Below, piece after piece: positions 13,346-26,639 of a stretch of DNA of 64,000 nucleotides. Numbering within the stretch: the first letter of the stretch is position 1; the number at the start of each line of letters is the position of its first letter. The DNA lies in assembly GCA_964016885.1 (NCBI GenBank), contig OZ024747.1, forward strand, positions 48,360,001-48,424,000. The letters run 5' to 3'. This DNA is from Eledone cirrhosa (taxonomy: Eukaryota). The position numbers and the translations under genes were made by a program. The notes beneath the pieces are model-generated. The model did no database searches, was not told the origin of the DNA, and was given only the letters and a program-made list of their open reading frames with translations.

Positions 13346-16300
13346 ATGGATGTGTTAAGAGTAGGATGTTTGAATGCACGTGGCCTGGGCTCAACTTGGA
13401 AGCAAGCAAAGCTTCTAAATGACCTCAGGTCATGTAGTATAAATGTAATGGTTATCTGTGAGACTCGAATCAGCGTCGTGCGGCAGCTGGCCCCCACCTT
13501 CGATGACTTTGAGGTGCATGCATCTCTCTGTCAACCTGGAGGTGGGGGTGGGGTTGTCGTACTGCTGCAAAAACACCTGGGTCTTGCCGTACAGGTTGTG
13601 CACTCGGACCCGGAGGGTCGTTTGTTGGTGCTAGACGTTGGCAGTAGTGAAAGTGCGGCCTTGAGACTGGTCGCCGTCTACTCCCCTTTCGGAGCTGAAC
13701 GGCCCGACTTCTTCCAGCGTTTGGAGACTTTTCTGGGAACGTCGCGTTCCCTGCTTCTAGCGGGGGATTGGAATGACATCCTGGATGCACGTTGGGACTA
13801 TGCAGGAGCATGTCCTAATAGAGGGGGGTGTAACAGCCTCAAGGGGTTACTCGACCGTTTTAACTTGGTCGATAGATATCGACTAGATTTTCCAACTGTG
13901 CCAACCTGGACTTGGAGAAACCACAGTGGTCAATCTAGATCGTACTTAGATAGATTCTTAGTTAGAAGTAAGGATAGGGACATATTAAGCTGTCCAGAAA
14001 TGCGCACGGTTGGCTACACGGATCACAAATTAGTGACCTGCGTGGTGAATCTCGAGAAAACACATAGACAGGGTCCCGGTTACTGGAAACTTAATTTGTC
14101 TTTACCGGCAAAAGAGACTTACAGAAACCGGATTAGCAGATTAGTTAAGGAGAGGTTGACGGGTGCAATCGTCAACAACCGATGGTGGGCATCTCTCAAA
14201 AGAGAGATTAGAACAGAATCAATAAATTATAGCAAGATGTTAGCTGCCGATAGGAATAGAAACGAGAAAGAATTAACAGGTAAATTAGAAGAGGCAATCA
14301 AGAGCGAAGATGTGGCCAGAGTGCTGGCATCGAGGACGGCCTTGAACCAGTTTTTCGATGCAAAGCACGAAGGCTGCGTCATTCGAAGTAAAATACGTGC
14401 TCTAGGTAATGAGGGGGCCAAAGCCGTTGGATGGGCCCGCGTGACAGAAGCTAAGAGTGGAAATCGATCCACCATCCGGTCGTTGCAAGACGAAGATGGA
14501 CGGGTGATCCGGGAGCCTAAGCAGATGTGCGAGGCCTTTCAAAGGCACTTTGCCCGATTGTTCGGGGGAGGCGAGGGTCCGGGCGGGGGCGTGGATTTCG
14601 GTCCATACCTCGACGGCCTGCCGCGTCTCTCGTGCGAAGAGTCAGAGTCCTGCGAGGGACCAATCTCGGCTGATGAGATCGGAGATGCGCTGAGCCAATG
14701 CAGCAGACGCAAATCTCCAGGTCTTGATGGTATACCTTACGAATGCCGGTCTTCTTCTCCGAACTCCTCGAAGCGGTCTACTGCAATTGGCAGCAGAACG
14801 GGAGAATTCCTTGTTCTGTAGCCAAAGGCGTAGTCACGCTGGTGAGGAAGGACGAGAACAAGGGGGATAGTATAAATAATTTTCGGCCCATAACCCTGCT
14901 AAACACAGAGTTAAAGATTTTGGCCAAGGTGTTAGCAAAGAGGTTGGCGCTTGTCGTGGGTGGCCTGGTGGGAGATGCGCAGACATGTGCTATCCCATCC
15001 AGGTCCATTCACGATAACCTCCACCTCATGCGAGACATCATAGAGAGGGTTGGCAACAAACCCGGCTTCGGTGGGGCCCTGATCAACTTGGATCAGTCTA
15101 AGGCCTTCGATAGGGTCGACCATGGTTACCTGGATGCGGTGCTAGCGGCGGCTGGGTTCGGTCCTGTTTTCAGAGGCTGGATAACTGCCTTACATAGCAA
15201 CCACATCTGTTCTAGGATCAAGGTGAACGGCTACCTTTCGAAGCCGTTCGAAATCACACGATCCATTTGACAGGGGTGCCCTCTCTCCTCCCTTCTGTAC
15301 GTATTGACTCTCGAGCCTTTACTGAGGAATTTGGAGTTGTTGCAGGGTATTCCCCTGGAACCAGGATTGAGCAAAGCGGTGTCGGCCTACGCCGATGACG
15401 TAACGGTAATGGTATCGACCGACTCGGAGATCGAGGCGATCGGTACCTTACTGGAGGAGTACGAAAGGTTGTCAGGAGCGAAACTGAACCGGGAAAAATC
15501 CATCGGGCTGCAACTCGGAACGTGGAGAGGCAGACCGATGCCTCCTGACGGTGTTGTCGAACACTGGACGGAGGACCCGGTAAAGTTGCTTGGGGTCTGG
15601 TTTGGACCGGACCTCCAGGTGGAAAAGAACTGGAACGAGGTTACGAACAAGGTGTTTGCACTAACCCAGAAATGGGCCAAGTGTAAGCTGTCCCTAAAAG
15701 GCCGGGCGGAGGTGGCGAACATTTACATAGCGTCCGTCACTTACTACCGCCTGACTGTCGTGCCTTGCCCTAAGGAAACACTCACCACCATGGAACGCAT
15801 GCTCTTCCAATTTCTTTGGAAGAAGCGCCCTCCTATGGTGAGAAGATCCATCTGCTGCCAACAACCTTCGAAAGGAGGGCTGGGGATGCCGTGGTTGATG
15901 ATGCGTAGGCACGCATTAAGGCTACGGCACCTACAGGTATTCCTCACTGGTCAACCGGTGTGGGCTCCGTTCGTGAAACGAGCCTTTCCGAGACTCGTCT
16001 CGCTCACCGAGCTACAGTCCTGGGTCAAGCAAAGATCCGGAAAACTGGGAGACTGGCACACTGAGTGTGCTCAGGCGCTCAGGGCTCTCTGGCAAGCGGG
16101 CCAGGCCATCGGTGGAGAATCCACCTCATCATTCTATAGAGGGCTGGTGGCTAGCAGGGGCGATGACACCCTTGGAGAGTCGCTGGACATGGAAGAAGAC
16201 GAACTGGCCAGCCTGTTCGGTAGGACTTTCGGCCCAGGACCAATGGACAACTTCCAGAAGTCACTGGCCTGGCAGTGCTACCGGGGGGCTCTACCCGTTC

Positions 16301-16770
16301 GAGAGAGGCTCTACAGACACGGGCGCCCGGGCAGGGATCCCTCAAAAAAGATTTGCCCTAGATGCGTGCGTCACGAAGAAAGCGTTGCGCACGCATTGGT
16401 GCAATGTCCGGGCGTGGCTGATCTGTGGGGCTACGCCGAACGACTGCTGTCGCGGGTGGCGCCGATTAAATTGACCGCGGAGTCCGTGATGACAATCAAA
16501 CCGCCTCCCCTCTTCACAAAGGAAGCAAAGGCGGTTTTTCTGTGCGTAATAGCCATGTTGAAAGAGGTTGTTTGGTGGACACGATTGAAAGGTCTGAGGT
16601 CAGGCAACTTCCTCTCTGGCCATAGTCTGGTCTACTTCTTCCGATATCACTTCGGAAGAAGGATAAGAATGGAGAGAGAGGTGCTTGGCCGCAGGCAGTT
16701 TTATGAAAGGTGGGTGATAGTGGCGAGAATGGCTCGTGTAAATGGGCCTTCTCTGTATACCATCCTGTAG
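13346..16770 (+). pseudogene. Tx1-like ORF2 (APE-RT-zf), one frameshift and one nonsense codon
   Basis: LNARGL, ICETR, AGDWN, SYLDRF, TDHK (APE); FRPITLLN, LDQSKAFDRV, SI*QGCP (TGA 15268-15270, probably from CGA), AYADD; CPRC...HALVQC; frameshift near 14743. Confidence 0.92.
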
Positions 16771-16980
16771 GTAAAGAAGTAAAGGAGAGGGGAGCACCTT
16801 CTCCATGTGCTCCCCGGGCAAAGGATTGCACACTTTTTCGGGGGTGTGTGCAACCCCCATCACATCCCCTCCCTTTTGAGGTTATTTTCGATTATTTTCA
16901 TGTTATACCCTTTTTACTCGATTATATGTAAACTCCCCCTTTGTATTTGTCCCTTCTTTTTATGCCTTTATGGTAAATAA

Positions 16981-17024
<44 letters not shown>

Positions 17025-17629
17025 CTCTATACACACACACACACATATATATATTTGTGTATTTTCTATGCATGCATCAGTGTAAGTGTGTGTGTGTATG
17101 CGTGCGCGCATGTCTGTATGTGTGTGTATGACTGTATTTGTGTTTAGCTATAATTCGTTTATCGAAAATTGCTTTTCCACAGTGTCGATAACGGTGGCAA
17201 TTATTTTGCTACAATAAACTTTAAAAGAAATCTAATGTTATGGAAAGTCTTTTGAAGCCTATATTCTATAGGGAAATATATATGAATATAAAGTAGAGAA
17301 CATAAACATACTCTATAATCAGTAAGAACCTATTAGAATAAGTAGAGAGTATAATTAGTGAATTGGTCATTTCTAATTAATAAGCAACCTTCGCTGGTTC
17401 CGATGCCCAGACTTCCAATTGTGTGATCAACAGAATAGCTTCTTCGTGAAATTAGGCTCATGGTGGTAGTGTAGAGGATAAATGATGATAGTACAGTACT
17501 ATAATTGAGAAAAATATTCCATACATAGAATTTTTTACCATACTCTAGAAAAACAAATATGCTAACAGACTTATTAAGTTAAAGATAAAAGGAAAGCCCC
17601 CCAAAAAAAATAAAAATAAAAGAAATGAA

Positions 17630-17671
<42 letters not shown>

Positions 17672-17677
<6 letters not shown>

Positions 17678-17948
17678 CATAAGAAACGGAGAATCAGAGT
17701 TTCCAAAAATGGAAACTCTGCTTCGAAAGATCGAGACGTATCTGAGGATCTTGCGATTTCAGAGTCAGGTTCGATCATCGCATCGATCGTGCCTCGAGCT
17801 GGTCGCCAGAGAAACGATTGTAATATGTCTAATAAATTTTAATTCGTCGCAACTCTCATTCTCCGTTTTTTATATGATATTATACTCTGCTCTGTAAGAG
17901 CATCGAGTGCTCAAACGGCCTACCGCATACGGACGCTTTAAGCATCCC

Positions 17949-17950
<2 letters not shown>
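17672..17950 (+). mobile_element. (TA)n-embedded HHR element with a short 5' inverted segment
   Basis: ataacataagaaacggagaatcagagtt (~17674) is inverted relative to aactctcattctccgttttttatatgatat (~17851); flanked by (TA)n. Confidence 0.7.
17734..17830 (+). ncRNA. Type I hammerhead ribozyme with long stem II
   Basis: Stem I AGACGTAT/ATATGTCT; CTGAGGA 17742-17748; stem II TCT.T.GCGA...TCGC.C.AGA; GAAA 17811-17814; stem III ACGATTGT; GUA cleavage after 17822. Confidence 0.82.
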
Positions 17951-18007
<57 letters not shown>

Positions 18008-18162
18008 TAGCATTTTCGTTGTTTTGGTATTGTATGTTTAGGTTTTGCCTACCGCAATTTTCAATTTGTCAAGCTATTTAAACGTATGTTATTACTCTAA
18101 GGACCTATCCTTATTGAGTACTTTGCTACTCATTCAAAGCTTCGATTTTACTAAGCTTGCAC

Positions 18163-18212
<50 letters not shown>

Positions 18213-18742
18213 ACAAACAAGTGAAAAAGAAACAAAAAAAGCTAAAGCCATTTTTTTAAACGGCGACAAAATCTGAAGCCTCTTAAAAAATAACAAAATT
18301 TACAACATAAAAAAAAAAAAAAATTATATATAAAATAAAATTAATGAAACTGAAACGAAAATATAATATATATCTTAAACAAACATTCATAAATATCCCG
18401 AATAAAAATAAGCCCCCCCCCCCCCCCACTAAAAAAAATATAATAACATGTTTAAAATTTGTCGAAAGATAGTAGTAAAAGATTTGGGTATGTATGTACG
18501 GTCCTGTAACTCGTGATAGAGTCTAGGGGCCTCGTATTGACATACAGCGTTTCTTGGACACTAAGCTTAGCGAAGCCCATTCGTCTCCAGGTCTGAGTAC
18601 AGTAGATTTCTTCGAGAGAAAGATAGAAAGTGAGGAAAAGAGAAAGAGATATAGAGGAAGAATCGACCTTTAGTACTAGACTGGTACTTTTTTTTATTGA
18701 TCTCGAAAGGATGAAAGGCAAAGTTGACCTCAGCAGGATTTG

Positions 18743-21700
18743 AACGAATACCATAAAGCATTCCATAACGAATACCATAAAGCATTCCGTAACGAATACC
18801 ATAAAGCATTCCATAACGAATACCATAAAGCATTCCGTAACGAATACCATAAAGCATTCCATAACGAATACCATAAAGCATTCCATAACGAATACCATAA
18901 TGCATTCCATAACGAATACCATAAAGCATTCCGTAACGAATACCATAAAGCATTCCATAACGAATACCATAATGCATTCCATAACGAATACCATAAAGCA
19001 TTCCGTAACGAATACCATAATGCATTCCATAACGAATACCATAAAGCATTCCGTAACGAATACCATAAAGCATTCCATAACGAATACCATAATGCATTCC
19101 ATAACGAATACCATAAAGCATTCCGTAACGAATACCATAAAGCATTCCATAACGAATACCATAATGCATTCCATAACGAATACCATAAAGCATTCTGTAA
19201 CGAATACCATAAAGCATTCCATAACGAATACCATAAAGCATTCCATAACGAATACCATAAAGCATTCCATAACGAATACCATAATGCATTCCATAACGAA
19301 TACCATAATGCATTCCATAACGAATACCATAATGCATTCCATAACGAATACCATAATGCATTCCATAACGAATACCATAAAGCATTCCATAACGAATACC
19401 ATAAAGCATTCCATAACGAATACCATAATGCATTCCATAACGAATACCATAATGCATTCCATAACGAATACCATAAAGCATTCCATAACAAATACCATAA
19501 AGCATTCCATAACGAATACCATAATGCATTCCATAACGAATACCATAAAGCATTCCATAACGAATACCATAATGCATTCCATAACGAATACCATAATGCA
19601 TTCCATAACGAATACCATAATGCATTCCATAACGAATACCATAAAGCATTCCATAACGAATACCATAAAGCATTCCATAACGAATACCATAATGCATTCC
19701 ATAACGAATACCATAATGCATTCCATAACGAATACCATAAAGTATTCCATAACGAATACCATAATGCATTCCATAACGAATACCATAATGCATTCCATAA
19801 CGAATACCATAATGCATTCCATAACGAATACCATAAAGCATTCCATAACGAATACCATAATGCATTCCATAACGAATACCATAATGCATTCCATAACGAA
19901 TACCATAAAGCATTCCATAACGAATACCATAATGCATTCCATAACGAATACCATAATGCATTCCATAACGAATACCATAAAGCATTCCATAACGAATACC
20001 ATAAAGCATTCCATAACGAATACCATAATGCATTCCATAACGAATACCATAATGCATTCCATAACGAATACCATAAAGTATTCCATAACGAATACCATAA
20101 TGCATTCCATAACGAATACCATAATGCATTCCATAACGAATACCATAATGCATTCCATAACGAATACCATAAAGCATTCCATAACGAATACCATAATGCA
20201 TTCCATAACGAATACCATAATGCATTCCATAACGAATACCATAAAGCATTCCATAACGAATACCATAATGCATTCCATAACGAATACCATAAAGCATTCC
20301 ATAACGAATACCATAATGCATTCCATAACGAATACCATAAAGCATTCCATAACGAATACCATAAAGCATTCCATAACGAATACCATAATGCATTCCATAA
20401 CGAATACCATAATGCATTCCATAACGAATACCATAAAGCATTCCATAACGAATACCATAAAGCATTCCATAACGAATACCATAATGCATTCCATAACGAA
20501 TACCATAAAGTATTCCATAACGAATACCATAAAGCATTCCATAACGAATACCATAAAGTATTCCATAACGAATACCATAAAACATTCCATAACGAATACC
20601 ATAAAGTATTCCATAACGAATACCATAAAGTATTCCGTAACGAATACCATAATGCATTCCGTAACGAATACCATAAAGTATTCCATAACGAATACCATAA
20701 AGCATTCCATAACGAATACCATAAAGTATTCCGTAACGAATACCATAAAGTATTCCGTAACGAATACCATAAAGTATTCCGTAACGAATACCATAAAGCA
20801 TTCCATAACGAATACCATAAAGTATTCCATAACGAATACCATAAAGTATTCCATAACGAATACCATAAAGTATTCCGTAACGAATACCATAAAGTATTCC
20901 GTAACGAATACCATAAAGTATTCCATAACGAATACCATAAAGTATTCCGTAACGAATACCATAAAGTATTCCATAACGAATACCATAAAGCATTCCATAA
21001 CGAATACCATAAAGCATTCCGTAACGAATACCATAAAGTATTCCGTAACGAATACCATAAAGCATTCCGTAACGAATACCATAAAGTATTCCATAACGAA
21101 TACCATAAAGTATTCCGTAACGAATACCATAAAGTATTCCATAACGAATACCATAAAGCATTCCGTAACGAATACCATAAAACATTCCGCAACGAATACC
21201 ATAAAACATTCCGTAACGAATACCATAAAGCATTCCGTAACGAATACCATAAAGCATTCCATAACGAATACCATAAAGCATTCCGTAACGAATACCATAA
21301 AGCATTCCATAACGAATACCATAAAGCATTCCGTAACGAATACCATAAAGCATTCCATAACGAATACCATAAAGCATTCCATAACGAATACCATAAAACA
21401 TTCCGCAACGAATACCATAAAACATTCCGTAACGAATACCATAAAGCATTCGGCAACGAATACCATAAAGCATTCCGTAACGAATACCATAAAGCATTCC
21501 GTAACGAATACCATAAAACATTCCGCAACGAATACCATAAAGCATTCCGTAACGAATACCATAAAGCATTCCGCAACGAATACCATAAAGCATTCCGTAA
21601 CGAATACCATAAAGCATTCCGTAACGAATACCATAAAGCATTCCGTAACGAATACCATAAAGCATTCTGTAACGAATACCATAAAGCATTCCGCAATGAA

Positions 21701-22212
21701 TACCATAAAGCATTCCGTAACGAATACCATAAAGCATTCCGTAACGAATACCATAAAGCATTCCATAACGAATACCATAAAGCATTCCGTAACGAATACC
21801 ATAAAGCATTCCATAACGAATACCATAAAGCATTCCGTAACGAATACCATAATGCATTCCATAACGAATACCATAAAGCATTCCGCAACGAATACCATAA
21901 AGCATTCCGTAACGAATACCATAAAGCATTCCGTAACGAATACCATAAAGCATTCCGTAACGAATACCATAAAGCATTCCGTAACGAATACCATAAAGCA
22001 TTCCGCAACGAATACCATAAAGCATTCCATAACGAATACCATAAAGCATTCCATAACGAATACCATAAAGCATTCCGCAACGAATACCATAAAACATTCC
22101 ATAACGAATACCATAAAGCATTCCGTAACGAATACCATAAAGTATTCCATAACGAATACCATAATGCATTCCATAACGAATACCATAAAACATTCCGCAA
22201 CGAATACCATAA
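18743..22212. repeat. 24-bp satellite (AACGAATACCATAAAGCATTCCAT), ~145 copies, expanded inside a SINE
   Basis: Constant 24-bp period; flanks 18660-18742 and 22213-22252 are the two halves of a minus-strand SINE. Confidence 0.95.
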
Positions 22213-22739
22213 ACCATTCGATGTTCTAACGACTCTGCCAATTCACCACCTTAAGAGATTTTAGTACAAAGTACTTAATAGAATTTTCTGAGTTTAGTTA
22301 GAGCATTAAGATCAAAAGCTAATTTAGTAATTGTAGACCGTCTTTACAATTCTATCTTAGGTTGTAATAATTTTGCAGACGATATATTCCCGTATATACT
22401 TACAAACACACATGTTGCTGCAGAGGGTGATACTGGTAATGATGATAAAGAAGATGCTATTGCTGTTGCTGTCGTTTGTAATGTTAACTTTTACATTTAC
22501 ATTGGTATATGTACAGCTGTTGCATCTGCTCTGTATGTATGTATGTATGTATGTATGTATGTATGTATGTATGTATGTATGTATGTATGTATGTATGTAT
22601 GTACATAGACACATATACACATACACGCGCACACACACACACACACATAAAGAGGTTGACTTAAGAAGCACTGGGAAAATTTGAAATGTGTGCTTTCCTA
22701 CGCACATATTTATATACACACACACCCATACACACTCAT

Positions 22740-22823
<84 letters not shown>

Positions 22824-23009
22824 GCACCCAGATATCCTTTTTCACATATACTGTCATATCTGTAATGGTAGACATCTTTAGAACATCTGTAGAACATCTG
22901 GTGACTCAAGACGTTTAATTAGCATACACAATGGGCGTTACTTCTGTAACCAGACACCGGCCACAATACCAGGCTTGCCTCTGTTCAGTCGATTTCCAGG
23001 AAATCTAGA

Positions 23010-23038
23010 TCATGATGACGATAGTGATGATGGTGATG

Positions 23039-23070
<32 letters not shown>

Positions 23071-23371
23071 GATAGAAGTGTTGTAGTTGGTGGGGGTGAC
23101 GATGGTGATGATGATGATGGTGATGATGATGATGATGGTGATGGTGGTGGTGGTGGTGATGATGACGACGGCGATGGTGATGATAGAGGTGTTGTAGTTG
23201 GTGGCGGTGACGATGGTGATGATGATGATGGTGATGATGACGATAGTGGTGGTGATGATGACGACGATGGTGATGATAGAGGTGTTGTAGTTGGTGGCGG
23301 TGATGATGATGATGATGGTGATGATAGAGGTGTTGTAGTTGGTGGCGGTGACGATGGTGATGATGATGATG

Positions 23372-23402
<31 letters not shown>

Positions 23403-23420
23403 TGATGATGATGATGATGC
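23010..23420. repeat. GAT/GGT/GAC trinucleotide tract with internal duplications
   Basis: Direct reading. Confidence 0.9.
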
Positions 23421-23535
23421 TGTTGTTGTTGACATTGGTGATAGTTGCAAATGATTACGACCGACCATCACTAAGCTATGGTGTGTGCCGCTTGAGACAG
23501 CCCTTGAATTTGACCGCACCTCACATACTCAAATA

Positions 23536-23557
23536 TCTATATATATAAAACTGAGGA

Positions 23558-23651
<94 letters not shown>

Positions 23652-23688
23652 TGTGAGTTTGAATCCCTAAAACTCGAGAAGTACCCAC
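23536..23688 (+). mobile_element. 5' fragment of a non-autonomous Helitron
   Basis: TCtatatatataaaactgaggatgtctg...gaatccctaaaactcgagaagtaccca matches 30523-30605. Confidence 0.7.
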
Positions 23689-24285
23689 ATAAACCAAGAA
23701 AAGAGGTATAAGGATTCGTTGAAAGCCCTTTGAAAGACGCTAACATCTCTGCTGATATATGGGAAAGCGTAGCTGCCGATTGTAATAAATGGAGAAAGAC
23801 TGTACATGAGGGGAAAGTTCCTTTTGAAGCATCCCGAATCGCATACGAGAAAGTAAAAAGGGATGCGAGGAAAGGCTGTTACATTTCCAGACAGTGAAGG
23901 TCCTCCTATGACACTGACATGCAGCGTCTGTACGAGATTCTGCCTCAGCAAAGCTGAACTCAAAAGTCATCTTCACAGTCATAAAGTTAGACCAGTGGTT
24001 GACTACCAGGCTGCTGTCGGGGATGCTACTCATCATACCTGTCAAGCATGTGGAAAAGAGTGTAGATCAGCAGGAGGGCTCAAACAACATGCAGAAGTGC
24101 ACGAAGACCAACCACAGCCGGCTATTGCCAGTGAATATTTTTATCATGGTTGCCAACTCTGCAAGACATTTTAGATCATTGGCTGGGCTAAAAAGCCACA
24201 TTCGATCGCAGCACCGTTAATTATTAATATGTGTTTTTTTTTATCGTGCAATGGCCATACTCGATAACGAGGGGGCAGCCATCAT
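23689..24285 (+). mobile_element. 3' end of an RTE/BovB-like LINE with three C2H2-like zinc fingers
   Basis: KPRKRYKDSLK, CSVC...KSHLHSH, CQAC...KQHAEVH, CQLC..SLAGLKSHIRSQH; runs into a TATG-rich tail. Confidence 0.75.
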
Positions 24286-24729
24286 GTATGCATGTATGTA
24301 TGTGTGTGTGTGTGCATGTATGTATGTGTGTGTATGTATGTATTTATCTGTGTATGTATGTATGTGTGTATGTATGTGTATGTATGTATGTGTGTGTGTG
24401 CAGGTATGTATGTATGTATGCCTACAATTAATGTATATACATGAACGACTCAGATTAAAGGCAGTGTGTACCCTACGAGTGTTTACGTAGGAACCTATTG
24501 TTATAATGTTTAATGTGTTTTTCTAGGGGAGGGGGTGGTAACTACGTATTCATACAGTGAGTACTGTAACATGTAGTACTGTAACATGTTTAAACAGACC
24601 AGAGACAATTACATGTTTATTGACAACTCACATCAATGTATATTTTCAACAGATATCTTACACTGTTCACTTCTTTTCTCCTTTCTTTTCTTTCTTTCGT
24701 TCACTTTTTTATTTTTCTCCCCAAGTATT

Positions 24730-25054
24730 TTTTCTCAGAGAGATTCACTCTCAGTCTTCTTGATTCCAACTGCTGTTTCCATAGCCAGAATTTATTCTCT
24801 AGCTCCTCTACTGATTCTGCTATAAGAACCAGATCGTCAGCATAGAGAAGTTCCCATGGACAGCCAGTTTTAAACGCCTTTCTTATAGCTTGGAGGACTA
24901 TAATGAAAAAGAGTGGGCTGAGAACCGAACCCTGATGTACACCTACTTGTATCTGGAATTCCGCACTAAACTCCATTCCTACTCTCATTTTACTGACAGC
25001 ACCTCTGTACATAGCTTGAACTGACCTCACCAGCCATTCCTCTACGCCTAGTTT
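24730..25054 (-). mobile_element. RTE RT fragment (same family as 1-1555)
   Basis: GVHQGSVLSPLFF...WELLYADDLVLIAES. Confidence 0.9.
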
Positions 25055-25215
25055 CTAGTACATCGTTCCTGTGTCAGTGTTGAACAAAAAGGTGACGTGG
25101 TTGCCTTAACACCGTACGGCATAAATCAGGCTGTCCGTTTGTTTACAAACAGACAAAGCGGGCGTTATAATAAACGTCCGCTAAACTGATACGTACATAT
25201 ATATATGTGTACCTG

Positions 25216-25281
<66 letters not shown>

Positions 25282-25708
25282 TGCTACTGTACGTCTGTAT
25301 ACATATATGTATGTACGTATACATACATACTTACATTTAAGTAAGTGCCGTACTAAGAGTGAGAAATGAAATTTCGTTTCATTCTATTACAACTTATCGT
25401 TTTCGGTACGCCTGGCCGACTGAACTCACTCGATATGCAAATTAGGCTGCTCAGCCGTTAATTTTCATAAGGAAAGTATATACTTTTGAACGTTCAACCA
25501 TCTGGCAGAAGGGTATACGGTGCTGATGATAGCTAAGAAGCTTAAAACTAGTACATCGTTCCTGTGTCAGTGTTGAACAAAAAGGTGACGTGGTTGCCTT
25601 AACACCGTACGGCATAAATCAGGCTGTCCGTTTGTTTACAAACGGACAAAGCGGGCGTTATAATAAACGTCCGCTAAACTGATACGTACATATATATATG
25701 TGTACCTG

Positions 25709-25756
<48 letters not shown>

Positions 25757-25867
25757 TGCTACTGTACGTCTGTATACATATATGTATGTACGTATACATA
25801 CATACTTACATTTAAGTAAGTGCCGTACTAAGAGTGAGAAATAAAATTTCGTTTCATTCTATTACAA

Positions 25868-25872
<5 letters not shown>
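25055..25872 (+). mobile_element. Retrozyme-like tandem repeat (~493-bp unit, ~1.6 copies), family C
   Basis: 25055-25397 repeats at 25548-25872; HHR at the unit junction; octamer at 25435-25442; ends in (TA)n. Confidence 0.85.
25517..25559 (+). ncRNA. Minimal type I hammerhead, core mutated (GAAA read as AAAA)
   Basis: Stem I ACGGTG/CATCGT; CTGATGA 25523-25529; stem II AGCT-AAGA-AGCT; palindromic stem III ACTAGT; GUA site. Confidence 0.7.
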
Positions 25873-25904
<32 letters not shown>

Positions 25905-25954
25905 TACGAAGTCTAAGTCAACAGGGTAAAATTGGCTTCGTTTATTCACATTCG

Positions 25955-26013
25955 CTGCTATATATATATTTCAGTGATAGTCATTATTCAACAGCTATGA
26001 CCTCATCAGGCAG
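25955..26013 (-). ncRNA. Type I hammerhead ribozyme
   Basis: Minus strand: CTGC-CTGATGA-GGT.C.ATAG...CTAT.C.ACT-GAAA-TATATATA-TA-GCAG; sits in a (TA)n-flanked element 25900-26270 with short inverted ends (25900-25936/26133-26170). Confidence 0.75.
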
Positions 26014-26264
26014 TTAAATTTAAACAGAAAAAAAAAGGAAAACATGATATTGTAATGGATTTTACCGTGTTAATTCGTTGACATGACCAGCTCCTGAGTG
26101 TATTGTTAGTCCTCTAATGAACTGGAAGATATGCCAATTTTACCCTGTTGACTTACACTTCTTATTTTTACATTACTCCGGAGTAAACAGACCAACTTGC
26201 CCACTTTGTTGAATGCTCCAACCTGCATACTGAGGTGTCGGTAAACAACCAACATAATACTCAA

Positions 26265-26323
<59 letters not shown>

Positions 26324-26555
26324 AGGATATTTTCGAAACAGCGAGTTGGTTTTGAAATTATTAGAAATGTAAGCTATCACCGTATTTTGACTAAAGAAAT
26401 TAAAGAAATTATTTAGCCTGATAGTAGGGTTAAGAACCCTCGGAGAAATGGAAAAATGGGTGATGTGTTGGTATATATATATATAATCAAGGTTTAGCAA
26501 ATAAGAAAAAGTTTCAAAATAAATTTTAAAAAATTAACTTTAATTACTATGGTTA

Positions 26556-26639
26556 CCTTTACCGAATCGGTTTCGAGTCTCAAAAATAAACGGACAGTCC
26601 ATACGGCATCCGTTGCAAAGATAAACTCTCGTCAGAAGG
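26556..26639 (-). ncRNA. Type I hammerhead ribozyme with long stem II
   Basis: Minus strand: CCTT-CTGACGA-GAGTTT...AGACTC-GAAA-CCG ATT CGG-TA-AAGG; GUA site; TA tracts on both sides of the element. Confidence 0.8.

Larger units (their letters stand above)
11187..16980 (+). mobile_element. Near full-length Tx1-type (L1 clade) non-LTR retrotransposon inserted in (TATC)n
   Basis: ORF1 with CCHC knuckle; ORF2 with APE, RT and C-terminal Zn finger; (TATC)n at 11099-11185 and 16980-17025. Confidence 0.92.

Noticed and set aside
18743-22212. CRISPR-like array
   Set aside because: Head-to-tail repeats with no unique spacers, no cas genes, eukaryotic context
18452-22264. Five ORFs longer than 1100 aa
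   Set aside because: Translations of a stop-poor 24-bp satellite lying inside a SINE
23551-23557. CTGAGGA as a hammerhead core (also 3156, 30538, 61358)
   Set aside because: No paired stems with a correctly placed GAAA and NUH
23863-24220. Host C2H2 zinc-finger gene
   Set aside because: Frameshifted, preceded by an RTE C-terminal motif and followed by a repeat tail, so more likely a LINE end
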